From Candidatus Saccharimonadales bacterium (GTDB lineage: Bacteria > Patescibacteriota > Saccharimonadia > Saccharimonadales > EFPC-124), in assembly GCA_035280845.1 (NCBI GenBank), contig DATEFB010000004.1:18341-82340 (forward strand): a stretch of 64,000 nt of DNA, given 5' to 3'. Positions 1-9,189 of the stretch are shown one piece after another. Positions within the stretch are counted from its first letter, which is position 1. Every line of letters begins with the position of its first letter. The notes below the pieces were generated by a model. That model made no database searches and had not been told where the DNA came from. It was given only the letters and a program-made list of their open reading frames with translations. A program made the translations under genes and the position numbers.

Positions 1-201
1 CAGCGGCTGGCGTACGGATACTTCTACGTGCGCAACGACATGCCGGACATGAGCGTGCGGTTCTTCCGTGACGCTCTGGCCAACCTGGTCAAGTACGGCT
101 TCATCGGACGAGCTGGCGACTGGATTTGGCTCTTGCCGTTCGCGGTGGAGCGCTGCCAGGTTCCGGTCAGCTGGTCGGAGGACAACGTGCTTCAGTTCTG
201 A
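1..201 (+). CDS. 3' end of a GC3-rich gene cut by the window edge; product unknown
   Basis: Frame 1 is open from nt 1 to TGA at 199-201 (...YFYVRNDMPDMSVRFFRDALANLVKYGFIGRAGDWIWLLPFAVERCQVPVSWSEDNVLQF*). Almost every codon ends in G/C, unlike the neighbouring 296-784 gene. No family recognised. Confidence 0.5.
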   Translation, partial: QRLAYGYFYVRNDMPDMSVRFFRDALANLVKYGFIGRAGDWIWLLPFAVERCQVPVSWSEDNVLQF

Positions 202-204
202 CGT

Positions 205-228
205 CCCGGTGCGCGCGAGCGCACCGGG
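205..228 (+). terminator. GC-rich hairpin after the island gene (no U-tract)
   Basis: Perfect 10-bp stem cccggtgcgc/gcgcaccggg with 4-nt loop, 4 nt after the stop codon. Confidence 0.5.
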
Positions 229-244
229 CACCTCCTAGATATTT

Positions 245-278
245 ATAAAGAGCACCAGAACTTCCTGGTGCTCTTTAT
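245..278. terminator. Bidirectional intrinsic terminator
   Basis: Perfect 14-bp inverted repeat ataaagagcaccag / ctggtgctctttat with 6-nt loop and A/T-rich flanks. It lies between the convergent genes ending at 201 (+) and 296 (-). Confidence 0.6.
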
Positions 279-295
279 TTGTCAGGCTAAAATTA

Positions 296-784
296 TTATT
301 CGCCTCTGTAAGCCTTTTCAAGCTCAGCTTTATCCAACTTCCCTTCCATACCAAGCATGGCAGCACTCACCCGATCGGCTTTCGCCGTGTCGGAATCACG
401 CATCATCTCGTCCAAGTTGTCCGGCACAACCTGCCAGGTTACGCCATATTTATCTGTAAGCCAACCGCAAGACAGTACTTTGCCGCCTTTGGCGAGCGTG
501 TCCCAGATTTTATCAATCTCTTCCTGGTCTTTGCAGGCCACTAGCACCGAGGTAGCCTCAGTCCGCTTGTAATACGGACCGCCATTGAGCGCGGTAAAGT
601 TTTGGCCAGCCAGTTCAAAGTCCACAGTTGATACAGTTCCAGGTTCAACGCCGGCTTCTTTAGCCACAGCCTCTGTAACGAGCACTTTATTAACTATTTT
701 TGCATCTTTAAACAGCGATACATACAAGTCTGCCGCTTCCTCTGCGTGGCCTTCGAGCCAAAAGAAAGTTACTATTTTTCTCAT
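296..784 (-). CDS. VOC-superfamily protein, PhnB / 3-demethylubiquinone-9 3-methyltransferase-domain type
   Basis: 162-aa ORF. MRKIVTFFWLEG..., GQNFTALNGGP and SCGWLTDKYGVTWQVVP are characteristic of this glyoxalase-fold family. Confidence 0.8.
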   Translation of the reverse strand: MRKIVTFFWLEGHAEEAADLYVSLFKDAKIVNKVLVTEAVAKEAGVEPGTVSTVDFELAGQNFTALNGGPYYKRTEATSVLVACKDQEEIDKIWDTLAKGGKVLSCGWLTDKYGVTWQVVPDNLDEMMRDSDTAKADRVSAAMLGMEGKLDKAELEKAYRGE

Positions 785-861
785 ATAAATTATCCTTTTT
801 ATAGTTTACGGTCGTTAGTATAACGGGCAATAAACTATAAAGATTGAATATTTTGGACACT

Positions 862-1542
862 TTAAGATTTATATGGCCATTGGAGCAATTCTTTGGGAGT
901 ATGCCCCAAAAATTGTTTGGCTGCACGGGCTAGGTGCGCTTGATCTGCGAACCCTAATTCAGAGGCAACGGCAGCGGCTGGCATACCTTGCCGAAGCAAG
1001 CGGAAAGCCTCGGCCATACGCTGCATCTGATGCAATTTATAAGGTGAAAGCCCAGTGTTGCGCTTGACGTACCTGGAGTAGCTTTTGGACGACATGTCTT
1101 GATTAGGCGATTCCTGGCTATTTATGACCTTGCCGCTTATGAAACCTAAATCGTACATCTGTTCAACGAGCTGTTCGACGTTCTCGAAGTCGGGAAATTG
1201 CAGTTGGGTTCCCCCAAACTCAAATTGTCCGTTACTGTCGGCCGACAACGTTCGGAAGTTGTTGGTCATCTGTTGAGTCGAGAAGTTCTTTAGCTGCATG
1301 CCTGGCCGCAAGCGGATGCCAGTCCAGGTGTAGCCGGGCATAATAATGTCGCCGCGTGGTTTCGTCTCGGGTCCTCTTATTATTACTTCCGCGCTTGTCT
1401 TACTTTTTACGAGGATGATAGAAATGCACGGGTCGGCAAGTACTGTTCGTGGCGTTATTTCTGATGCAGAACCAGTCCACACCGAATCTATGGCTTCCAA
1501 CTCCGAGGCACGCTCTTTCCAGTTAAGCTTATTCTCATTCAT
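862..1542 (-). CDS. AraC-family transcriptional regulator
   Basis: 226-aa ORF with a C-terminal AraC/XylS HTH region (YKLHQMQRMAEAFRLLRQG...VASELGFADQAHLARAAKQFLGHTPKEL). Confidence 0.8.
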   Translation of the reverse strand: MNENKLNWKERASELEAIDSVWTGSASEITPRTVLADPCISIILVKSKTSAEVIIRGPETKPRGDIIMPGYTWTGIRLRPGMQLKNFSTQQMTNNFRTLSADSNGQFEFGGTQLQFPDFENVEQLVEQMYDLGFISGKVINSQESPNQDMSSKSYSRYVKRNTGLSPYKLHQMQRMAEAFRLLRQGMPAAAVASELGFADQAHLARAAKQFLGHTPKELLQWPYKS

Positions 1543-1650
1543 GCTTATATATTACTACTGGCAGCGTAGTGTCAGAAAAAATCCTCATGCGGTCATTGAA
1601 TGGCTCATTATTGCTCATGCTATGCCCTGCTAAACTTCGCGCACCCTTTA

Positions 1651-2700
1651 TTAATAACGGCTAACTTTGTTAAAGGTGTAGCCGGCTCTCAACAGTAGCA
1701 GGCCCATGCAAAGAACAAGCGCGAATAGCACATACGCAACTGGGCCTTCCATATACGGGCCCGCAATGACACGCAGGACATATTGGTACAGCACGACGGC
1801 GATAATCCCGAACATAGCTTGGTGTAAGTGGTGCACTGGCGGCTTGTACAGTTCGGGCAAACGCCGCAGCGCCATGCGCAAAATAATAGCCGAAACAATT
1901 GGAGTAAGAAGCATCCAACCCCACATTATTGCTGTTAGATGAAAGATAAAGGGTGGTTCTTGCACGGGCATATGAGGCAACAGCAGCGTAATAAGCGTTA
2001 AGGGTACGCCGGCAATTACGATTGGCCAAGCTGTTGTCCAGAAGTTTTTAACTCCTACGAGTTTCGCAAACATAACGTTACCGGTGTGAAAAAGAATCGC
2101 AGCAATAAATATTGGCAAAGAATATAAAATGCTTGTAAGCGGATAGTGGCGAAGGTCAAACACTTCCATGATAGGCTGCCCAAGTAAGCTGAGGCCCAAT
2201 AATGTGACTCCGCTGCATATAACAACAAAAGCACGGCGCAGTTCCGACTTAAAAGAAGTGAGCGCCGTTAAAAACAACCATGCTGCGCCGACTGTTATTA
2301 GGCTAAAGGTGGTTGCGCCAAACACTAGGCCTCGTTGTTGTAGGTCCGATAAAAAAGGAAGCGAGGCCGCTATGGCTGCGCTAGCGAGCGCCACAGAGAT
2401 CACTATGTATGCCTGTGTCCGACTTTTATGACCTACGTTGCCTTGCATGTGCTGGTCGATTTGAAGTTGCAGCGATTGAAGTGTGAAGCGGCGTAGTGAT
2501 TCACGTGTCACTAAATAGTCTTCGAGTTGGTGCTGCACGCCTTGTAGTGTTGTCTGCTGGTCTGCCGAGAGCGGCTGTGATGGGTCAGAGTCAGATGTTA
2601 TCCTACGAACCGGATCTAACATCGTATCAATATCTTCAAATCGCGTTGCGAGCGATGCCGTGTAGGTAATGCGTTCGATCATTTTGCCTGCCGGTTCCAT
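1651..2700 (-). CDS. Integral membrane protein, family unknown
   Basis: 349-aa ORF: about 110 aa of soluble N-terminus followed by about 8 long hydrophobic segments. Confidence 0.6.
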   Translation of the reverse strand: MEPAGKMIERITYTASLATRFEDIDTMLDPVRRITSDSDPSQPLSADQQTTLQGVQHQLEDYLVTRESLRRFTLQSLQLQIDQHMQGNVGHKSRTQAYIVISVALASAAIAASLPFLSDLQQRGLVFGATTFSLITVGAAWLFLTALTSFKSELRRAFVVICSGVTLLGLSLLGQPIMEVFDLRHYPLTSILYSLPIFIAAILFHTGNVMFAKLVGVKNFWTTAWPIVIAGVPLTLITLLLPHMPVQEPPFIFHLTAIMWGWMLLTPIVSAIILRMALRRLPELYKPPVHHLHQAMFGIIAVVLYQYVLRVIAGPYMEGPVAYVLFALVLCMGLLLLRAGYTFNKVSRY

Positions 2701-2876
2701 GACCTCATTATAGCAAAGCGTGGGCTAGAGCGGCTTCATTATCGTTATTGAGCTTAATTAAAGATAAAAGTCATGGCAGCGGCCAGTCAAGTTAGTAAGT
2801 TTTTCGATTTTGAAGTTTGTTAGTTCTTTATTTTCATGCTGCTGTGTGGGGAGGCCGGACGTTCTAGCTTACCGGA

Positions 2877-3758
2877 CTAGTAACGCGTGACAACTATGTC
2901 GGTGTCGTCTTCGAGAACAATAACAATACGCTGGGCGGTCGCATCAAAGCCGGGCGAAGTGAGAGTATTGCCTTTCCGTTCTAGACCAAGCGAGGCATAG
3001 TCGCCATTCAGTGGCTCGCCCGCTTCCGCAGGCAGTAGCTGCAGGGCTACGCCTTGGGGTATGCGCACGTTTACGGCTGCGTTGTCGCAGTCCATTTCTA
3101 CGCGCTGCGTCGCATTTCGCTCTCCGAGCATAATTGTAGTGTCGGTATTATCATTATCGCAATCAAGAATGAGACGCTCCAAGGTAAGTTTGCGGAGATC
3201 GAGCATAGCGCTCGCCTTATTGATCTCCACCTCAAGCGCCAATGGTACTCTAGGATTTATTGCCGAGTAAAGCGTTCGCGTGGCGCCCCCAAAGGGCTGT
3301 TGAATCATAGTCAGTGAGGCCTGGGCCGCATCATCCTTGCTAGTGATGCGCTCGTTCAAACGAAAGCCCTGGGCTGTAGCCGTGTAGAGTGAGCTGCTAT
3401 TCGTGTCTAGCGCACCCACCGTAACATCGACGTCATTTGTATCTATCTTGAGTTCGAGTCGTGAAACAGTTGATGCCGGTCGGGTAATGCTCGACTCACC
3501 TATGAAACGCGCCCTTGCCTCGGGGATTAAAACTATAGCGGCAAACACCAGCAGTACCACTCCTGCAGCGACCCACGCACGCCACTGACGTTTGGGCAAA
3601 AGCAGCCATAATCCGAGGATAATCTGAAGTGTCGTACCGAATAGTCCTACGTAGAGCCAATTCCAACTAAAATGCCAGAAATTATTACTGCTGCCTAAGA
3701 ATAGAACTCCCACAACTACTAAGATGGTGCCCAGGGTGAGCTTGATGCTGGACCTCAT
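2877..3758 (-). CDS. Membrane-anchored protein with LiaF-like / toast-rack type beta-rich C-terminal domain
   Basis: 293-aa ORF: four N-terminal hydrophobic helices, then a repetitive beta-strand-like region (DVDVTVG..., ALEVEINKASAMLDL..., VEMDCDNAAVNVRIP...). The start overlaps the stop of the upstream small gene by 1 nt. Confidence 0.5.
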   Translation of the reverse strand: MRSSIKLTLGTILVVVGVLFLGSSNNFWHFSWNWLYVGLFGTTLQIILGLWLLLPKRQWRAWVAAGVVLLVFAAIVLIPEARARFIGESSITRPASTVSRLELKIDTNDVDVTVGALDTNSSSLYTATAQGFRLNERITSKDDAAQASLTMIQQPFGGATRTLYSAINPRVPLALEVEINKASAMLDLRKLTLERLILDCDNDNTDTTIMLGERNATQRVEMDCDNAAVNVRIPQGVALQLLPAEAGEPLNGDYASLGLERKGNTLTSPGFDATAQRIVIVLEDDTDIVVTRY

Positions 3759-4009
3759 TATTTTTGACGCCCCAAGATGACAATCAGTCCTACGGATATA
3801 AGAATCAACGGCCAGCCTTTACCCCAGACGTCATAGCCTGTTAGTAGTTGCATGAGTGTTAGTGACCCTGTTACGACCAAGATGCCACCCGCATACACTC
3901 GCAACCGATTCAAGAGTTTGCTCGGCTCGATACTCGTTTTAAGCTGACCCGCAGCCTTATTTTTTATCATTACGTTCATCATAGCACAGCAGAGGTCGCA
4001 GCCCTCCAT
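3758..4009 (-). CDS. Small membrane protein (LiaI/LiaF-type TM region), co-transcribed with 2877-3758
   Basis: 83-aa ORF with two hydrophobic helices (GGILVVTGSLTLMQLL, GWPLILISVGLIVILG) and a TAATG overlap with the downstream gene. The true start may be an internal Met. Confidence 0.45.
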   Translation of the reverse strand: MEGCDLCCAMMNVMIKNKAAGQLKTSIEPSKLLNRLRVYAGGILVVTGSLTLMQLLTGYDVWGKGWPLILISVGLIVILGRQK

Positions 4010-4288
4010 TGTTCCTTTTGCTACAGTTACAACTCAGGATTCTCGGGCATTACCCCTGCATTTCGCAGAACGGCCACAGACCTTTTATTTGATTGTATTT
4101 CTTGGTCAAATACGTCGCGGGAATAAAGGATATTGCCGTCAAGCGTAACCCCTTCCGGAATGGAATGGTGTCGCTACCGTTGATGTTATTGCTAATAGTC
4201 GTCCAAGCCGCACCATAATCAGCAGCAAGCCGTGTGGCACTCCCTGTTGGCGCGAGTCGGGGCTCTAAAGAGGCGCTAGCACGCTAAT

Positions 4289-4657
4289 CTACTGCGCGAT
4301 GTAACGATCCACAATCCCCTGCTCGGTCGCGTACCGCTTACCCCACTCTGCCAGTGCTTCTAAGGAATCGTTTAAAGTATACCCGGCTTGTGACAGCGAA
4401 TAGTCAACACGAGGCGGCACTTCGTGATACGCCTTTCGCACGACAATGCCATCGGCTTCCATTTCCCTCACCTGCTGGATAAGCATTTTTTCTGTTATGC
4501 CCGGTATACGCCGTTTGAGCTCGCCAAAGCGGAGCGGCTTTTCGTGGAGTTCCCATAAAATAACCGCCTTCCACTTGCCGCCAATGACATCGAATGCCGG
4601 GCCAAGCCCGCACGAATAGGGTTTGTCTGTTTTGGGCTGGATAGCAATTCTTACCAT
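4289..4657 (-). CDS. HxlR-family transcriptional regulator
   Basis: 122 aa. CGLGPAFDVIGGKWKAVILWEL...RFGELKRRIPGITEKMLIQQVREMEADGIVVRKAY.EVPPRVDYSLS is the canonical HxlR wHTH. Confidence 0.85.
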   Translation of the reverse strand: MVRIAIQPKTDKPYSCGLGPAFDVIGGKWKAVILWELHEKPLRFGELKRRIPGITEKMLIQQVREMEADGIVVRKAYHEVPPRVDYSLSQAGYTLNDSLEALAEWGKRYATEQGIVDRYIAQ

Positions 4658-4770
4658 AGGGCTTGTCCTCTGTTATGCGTAGCATTGTACCATTACTTAC
4701 AAAAAAGTAGGTACTTGCCGTAAAGTAAGTAAAACGTACCATGGAAGAGTAAGGTAAAGAGGAAAATTGT

Positions 4771-5166
4771 ATGAACCCCGTGACTTGGTTTAGCATCCCT
4801 GCAGATGATATTGAGCAGGCTAAAGATTTTTACAATAAAGCCTTTGGGTGGGAAATCCAACCCGAGACCAAAGAGGCCGACGACCGCTACTCATTTAATA
4901 TCGCCCTGACCACGCCCGATAATGACGCTGAATTCAATCCAACAAAACCAGCGATCGTAAATGGCTGCATCGTTAAAAAAGCAATTGGTGTTACGACGCC
5001 GGTTGTACTGTTGCAGGTGGAAGATCTCGACGCTGCCATGCAAAGGGTTAAAACCGCGGGCGGTAGCATTGTGTCAGAAAAAATACCGATGGGATCTTTA
5101 AATGGCTCATTTGTTCTAGTAAAGGATCCCGAAGGTAATATGCTGGAACTTTTTGCCAGCAACTAA
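4771..5166 (+). CDS. VOC/glyoxalase-fold protein
   Basis: 131 aa: WFSIPADDIEQAKDFYNKAFGWE... and C-terminal KDPEGNMLELF. Divergent from the HxlR gene. Confidence 0.8.
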   Translation: MNPVTWFSIPADDIEQAKDFYNKAFGWEIQPETKEADDRYSFNIALTTPDNDAEFNPTKPAIVNGCIVKKAIGVTTPVVLLQVEDLDAAMQRVKTAGGSIVSEKIPMGSLNGSFVLVKDPEGNMLELFASN

Positions 5167-5207
5167 GCTGAGGGCTCCACGACACTTCCCATGGCTTCAA
5201 TGATATA

Positions 5208-5708
5208 TTGAAAAGCATGACCAATACATATTTTCTGATCGGACTCATTATCGCTATTGTTATGCTCGCATTAGTGCTTGGAGTATTCTCGCTGTGGGCG
5301 CGCACAATCATGCGAGCGCTTAAGGGGATGGATGACGCCGCATTCATAAAGTCGTTCCAAGCTTTGGATAAAGCCATTGTAAGCTCGGTATTTATGGTTC
5401 AGTTTTTTGCGCCTGTGCTTGTGCTAGGTGGGCTGGTTTGGTATGCGTACAGTCAGAGTATGTCGGGCGCTGGGTTTGTGCTCGCGGGTTTTGTTCTTTA
5501 CCTGGCGGCTATTGTGGGGACTATGGCGATCAACGTACCGCTGAACGACGGACTGCAAAAAGTCGATCCTGCCGCCGACAAGGAGTCGCTGGCGCGAGCA
5601 AGAAAAGCCTTTAACGAACCCCGCTGGATGGCAGGCAACGCGCTGCGAACATATGTAACGCTCGGCGCCATTTGTTGTTTGTCTGCGGCGCTTTACCTGC
5701 AGCTTTAA
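5208..5708 (+). CDS. DUF1772 (anthrone-oxygenase-like) membrane protein
   Basis: 166 aa, four hydrophobic helices, AINVPLNDGL motif region typical of DUF1772. Confidence 0.65.
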   Translation: MKSMTNTYFLIGLIIAIVMLALVLGVFSLWARTIMRALKGMDDAAFIKSFQALDKAIVSSVFMVQFFAPVLVLGGLVWYAYSQSMSGAGFVLAGFVLYLAAIVGTMAINVPLNDGLQKVDPAADKESLARARKAFNEPRWMAGNALRTYVTLGAICCLSAALYLQL

Positions 5709-5788
5709 TACTGTCTTGTTATTTTTTGGTTGGGCTCATGCGCAAGTCTAATCCAGTGCGCTAAACATTTACATGCAACCCTAGGGTT

Positions 5789-6073
5789 ATGTATCATAGG
5801 AAGATGGATGATGTCTACGAAGCACTTGCCGACTCAACGCGTCGACTTATGCTTGACGAGTTGGCTGAACGAAAGGAGCAGACTTTTTACGAATTGTACG
5901 CACGTTTAGTGATGAAGCATCAGATTAAGGTCTCGCGGCAGGCTATTAATAAGCACCTCTCGGTGCTCGAGAAGGCTACCCTCACTACTTCGGTTCGCCG
6001 CGGTAAATATAAACTTATTTGCTTCAATGATGCGCCTTTAAGAAGACTTGGCGAACGTTGGGTAAAAGGATGA
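5789..6073 (+). CDS. ArsR/SmtB-type winged-helix regulator
   Basis: 94 aa: ALADSTRRLMLDELAERKEQTFYEL...VSRQAINKHLSVLEKA. Confidence 0.75.
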   Translation: MYHRKMDDVYEALADSTRRLMLDELAERKEQTFYELYARLVMKHQIKVSRQAINKHLSVLEKATLTTSVRRGKYKLICFNDAPLRRLGERWVKG

Positions 6074-6471
6074 ATAAGGGAGAACGTATGAAGCAATCTA
6101 CTGCACCAAAAGAAGACGGCCCAGCCAAGGGCTATTTTAGCGACGGCACCTTAGAGAGTGAGGGCTCCTGGATGGATCGCAAACGAGTCGGTCCTTGGAA
6201 GTTCTACTACAAGAATAGTCAAGTAAAGGCCGTTGGTACGTACACAGTGAATGGCGAGTTTACGGGCTCTTGGAAGTGGTGGCGCGAAAATGGCCAAGTG
6301 CTGCAATATGGCGATTTTAAAGATAACAAGCAGGTTGGACTATGGAAGCGATACCACGGCAATGGGCAGCTTATGGATGAAGGTAGCTATGGCCAGGATG
6401 GTAGTAAGATTGGCGAATGGAAGACCTACAACCCTGACGGTTCACTGAAATCAACCAAAGTATATAAGTAA
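6058..6471 (+). CDS. MORN-variant (YwqK-type) repeat protein
   Basis: Repeated units GPWKFYY, GSWKWWRENG, GLWKRYHGNG, GEWKTYNPDG. Start uncertain (ATG at 6070 or 6088 also possible). Confidence 0.65.
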   Translation: MGKRMNKGERMKQSTAPKEDGPAKGYFSDGTLESEGSWMDRKRVGPWKFYYKNSQVKAVGTYTVNGEFTGSWKWWRENGQVLQYGDFKDNKQVGLWKRYHGNGQLMDEGSYGQDGSKIGEWKTYNPDGSLKSTKVYK

Positions 6472-6481
6472 AGGAACGACG

Positions 6482-6868
6482 ATGAAAATAGTGCTGACGC
6501 AAGTTTTTGTAGACGATCAGGGCAAAGCCTCAAAGTTTTATACTGATGTGCTGGGTTTTATAAAGAAACAAGACTTCCCTATTGGCGAGTTTAAATGGTT
6601 AACGGTTGTATCGCCCGACGACCCCGACGGCGTTGAGCTACTCTTGGAGCCGAGCGACAACCCGGCTACGGTAACATTTAAAAAAGCTCTCTTTGAGCAA
6701 GGCATTGCGGCCGCTTCGTTTGGCGTCGAGGATGTACAAAAAGAGTACGAGCGCTTGAAGGTCCAAGGTGTCAGCTTTACTATGCTCCCTACTTTGATGG
6801 GCGAGGTCACGCTGGCGGTTTTTGACGATACGTGCGGTAACCTCATCCAGATTGCTCAGAGGTCGTAG
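6482..6868 (+). CDS. VOC/glyoxalase-fold protein
   Basis: 128 aa: VFVDDQGKASKFYTDVLGF...FDDTCGNLIQI. Confidence 0.8.
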   Translation: MKIVLTQVFVDDQGKASKFYTDVLGFIKKQDFPIGEFKWLTVVSPDDPDGVELLLEPSDNPATVTFKKALFEQGIAAASFGVEDVQKEYERLKVQGVSFTMLPTLMGEVTLAVFDDTCGNLIQIAQRS

Positions 6869-7089
6869 ACAAACCTATTCGCCATACGCGCACGACATAC
6901 CGGACTCGCGGCAAAGGCTGACGCGTCTACACTTATTACTAACTGGTGGTGGCGACCTTAGTGCCGATCGCACTCTTTCTGTGCTAGATGACTCCACCAC
7001 TCAATGGCCTCGAATCAGCGAAGGCGGCGCTGTAGTTGGTACGCGACACTGTTTATCGGGTGGGGCGTGCCGTTGTAAGCCATCTGTCG

Positions 7090-7668
7090 TTAGCTTTTGG
7101 GCTTATAGTACAATCCAACCACACCATTCTCATACGTTTGAGCGCTCAATAGCTCAAGATCGCGCTTGTCCTCAATTTGGTCAAACCATGCTGCGCCTTT
7201 CGACACGGTAGGATAGACAAAGAAATGGTACTCATCTACCAGGCCGAGACGAATAATAGATTGCGCCAGCCTGGCTCCTCCTGATAAATGAATATTACCG
7301 CCATTCTGTGCTTTAAGTTGGTTCACAAAGTTCACCAACTCCTCATCGTTGTGCACGAGAGTATGCTCGGCATTAGCCCACGCCAGTGTCTGCTTCTCTG
7401 GAGCGTCAGAAATGACATACTTTTTGTAAGAGTTCATTTTACGGGCCATGCTCCGTGTTGTTTCGGATTCAGCCTCATTCGTTTCGGCGCCAGGCCAGTA
7501 TTCGTGCATTTCATCGTAGGTAGTCTGGCCAACTAAGATGGTGTCGAAAGCCGCATACTGCTTGTCGATTTCTTTATAATGGCTTTCGCCAATTCCCGAT
7601 ACCCAAACGCCAGGATCATCTAACCGGCCATTCAGGGTTGTCATCATTTGAAACACTATTTTACGCAT
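7090..7668 (-). CDS. RibD_C / dihydrofolate-reductase-like family protein
   Basis: 192 aa: MRKIVFQMMTTLNGR..., ILVGQTTYDEM, GGNIHLSGGARLAQSIIRLGLVDEYHFFVYPTV. Confidence 0.8.
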   Translation of the reverse strand: MRKIVFQMMTTLNGRLDDPGVWVSGIGESHYKEIDKQYAAFDTILVGQTTYDEMHEYWPGAETNEAESETTRSMARKMNSYKKYVISDAPEKQTLAWANAEHTLVHNDEELVNFVNQLKAQNGGNIHLSGGARLAQSIIRLGLVDEYHFFVYPTVSKGAAWFDQIEDKRDLELLSAQTYENGVVGLYYKPKS

Positions 7669-7673
7669 TGTCG

Positions 7674-8267
7674 TTACCTTTCTTTTACTACTTTGTACGG
7701 TTCAATAACTGCCTGCAGAAGCTCGCCTACCCATTCTTCGATCGGCTTTTGTTGGTACACTGCCCAGGTTATAATCCCACCTTCGTACATTGCCTGAAGA
7801 GCCTGTGCAAGGGCGCGCGTATTGCAAGGTCGCAGCTCTTTTAGGACGACCGCGCTATTCAGCAGGCGTTCCATCTCATCTCTGGTGCTCGCCATAGTCG
7901 AGCGCAACCTATGAGCAAGGTCCGGGTTAGTCAGGCCTAGTTGCAGGAAGGCTTGCCCGTTGGCAAATGCTTGCACGCTTGTGACTGCCCCAGCCAGAGA
8001 CATTAATCCTTGAGTGAGCGCCGCAAGCGGTGAATCGTTCTGCTGCACTACCTCCTTGAACGATGACTCCATTCGCTGCAAGCAGTAGCTTGTCGTAGCA
8101 GAAAGCAATCCCTGCTTGGTTTTAAAACGCTGCACAAGCGTAGGGGGTGCCAGACTTGTGGCCTGGCCAAGTGATGCAAAGGTAAGACTTGCGACACCAA
8201 AGCTGCTAACCAGCTGTATTGCGGCTTCGAATACTTTTTGGTCTGTGATTATACGTGTGCGAGGCAT
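7674..8267 (-). CDS. TetR-family transcriptional regulator
   Basis: 197 aa with an N-terminal TetR HTH (AAIQLVSSFGVASLTFASLGQATSLAPPTLVQRFKTKQGLL). Only 5 nt separate it from the downstream RibD_C gene. Confidence 0.8.
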   Translation of the reverse strand: MPRTRIITDQKVFEAAIQLVSSFGVASLTFASLGQATSLAPPTLVQRFKTKQGLLSATTSYCLQRMESSFKEVVQQNDSPLAALTQGLMSLAGAVTSVQAFANGQAFLQLGLTNPDLAHRLRSTMASTRDEMERLLNSAVVLKELRPCNTRALAQALQAMYEGGIITWAVYQQKPIEEWVGELLQAVIEPYKVVKER

Positions 8268-8390
8268 GGGACTCCTATTTATGAACGTTTGTTCATATAT
8301 TATTCTGTTTTATGTTTTTTGTAAAGCAGCATGTGGGCGCTCGCCCTGTTAGCGTTGACTTATATAAGCCTAGACTAATATAATGGCAAC

Positions 8391-8711
8391 ATGGATACAC
8401 TCTCGGCTCTTGGCGTTCCCGTCCGGCGAAATATTATTGAATTGCTTGCAAAGCGTGGCCGCCTTTCGGTGACCGAGATTAGCAAGCAGTTTGACATAAC
8501 ATCGTCTGCAATTTCGCAGCACCTTGGGGTACTGCGCGAAGCCCGGCTTGTAAATGTTACCCGTCAGGCTCAACTGCGTATGTACGGGATCAACCCTGAA
8601 GCGCTGACAGACATTGAAGCTTGGGCCAAAACCACGCGTCAAATTTGGGAAACAAAACTCGACTATTTAGACACACTCATTCAGGCCGAAAAACAACATG
8701 ACAGCAAATAA
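8391..8711 (+). CDS. ArsR-family transcriptional regulator
   Basis: 106 aa: LSALGVPVRRNIIELLAKRGRLSVTEISKQFDITSSAISQHLGVLREARLV. Confidence 0.85.
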   Translation: MDTLSALGVPVRRNIIELLAKRGRLSVTEISKQFDITSSAISQHLGVLREARLVNVTRQAQLRMYGINPEALTDIEAWAKTTRQIWETKLDYLDTLIQAEKQHDSK

Positions 8712-9189
8712 GGCAGACATAACTATCGTGAAAACGTTTGATGCGCCCGTGCAGTCGGTATGGAAGTACTGGTCCGACCCGGTCTATTTTAGGCAATGGT
8801 GGGGGCCAGCCGACGCCACATGCATAGCATGCGATATGGATTTTACGATTGGCGGGACGTTTCTTAACTGCCTGCAGATACAAGATGCAGACGGCAAACC
8901 CATGGACGTATGGGCTACGGGCACCTACAAAGTGATTGAGCCTTACAAAAAGCTTGTTTTTACCGACAGCTTTGCTGATAAAGACGGCAACATCGTGTCC
9001 TCGTCTTATTACGGTATGAGAGGAATCGACGACGAGCTGGAAGTCGACCTTACCTTTGAGTCATTGGGCGACATGACCAAAATGACACTCCGGCACACGA
9101 AACTGGGCGAAACCACGCAAGCAGCTCGCGACGCTATGGACGTCAGCTGGAAAGAATCACTCAATAAAATAATGAGGATATTAGAATGA
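8698..9189 (+). CDS. SRPBCC (AHSA1/Aha1-like) domain protein
   Basis: 163 aa: FDAPVQSVWKYWSDPVYFRQWWGP.... Overlaps the ArsR gene by 14 nt and the next gene by ATGA. Confidence 0.8.
   Translation: MTANKADITIVKTFDAPVQSVWKYWSDPVYFRQWWGPADATCIACDMDFTIGGTFLNCLQIQDADGKPMDVWATGTYKVIEPYKKLVFTDSFADKDGNIVSSSYYGMRGIDDELEVDLTFESLGDMTKMTLRHTKLGETTQAARDAMDVSWKESLNKIMRILE

Larger units (their letters stand above)
1..232. other. GC3-rich compositional island A (partial, continues left of window)
   Basis: Codon style switches abruptly to the AT-richer backbone after the GC hairpin at 205-228. Confidence 0.5.

Noticed and set aside
6822-7211. 129-aa plus ORF spanning the 220-bp spacer after the VOC gene and overlapping the RibD_C gene end.
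   Set aside because: The sequence is not protein-like and it overlaps a well-supported gene. I also found no convincing frame in the spacer on the minus strand.
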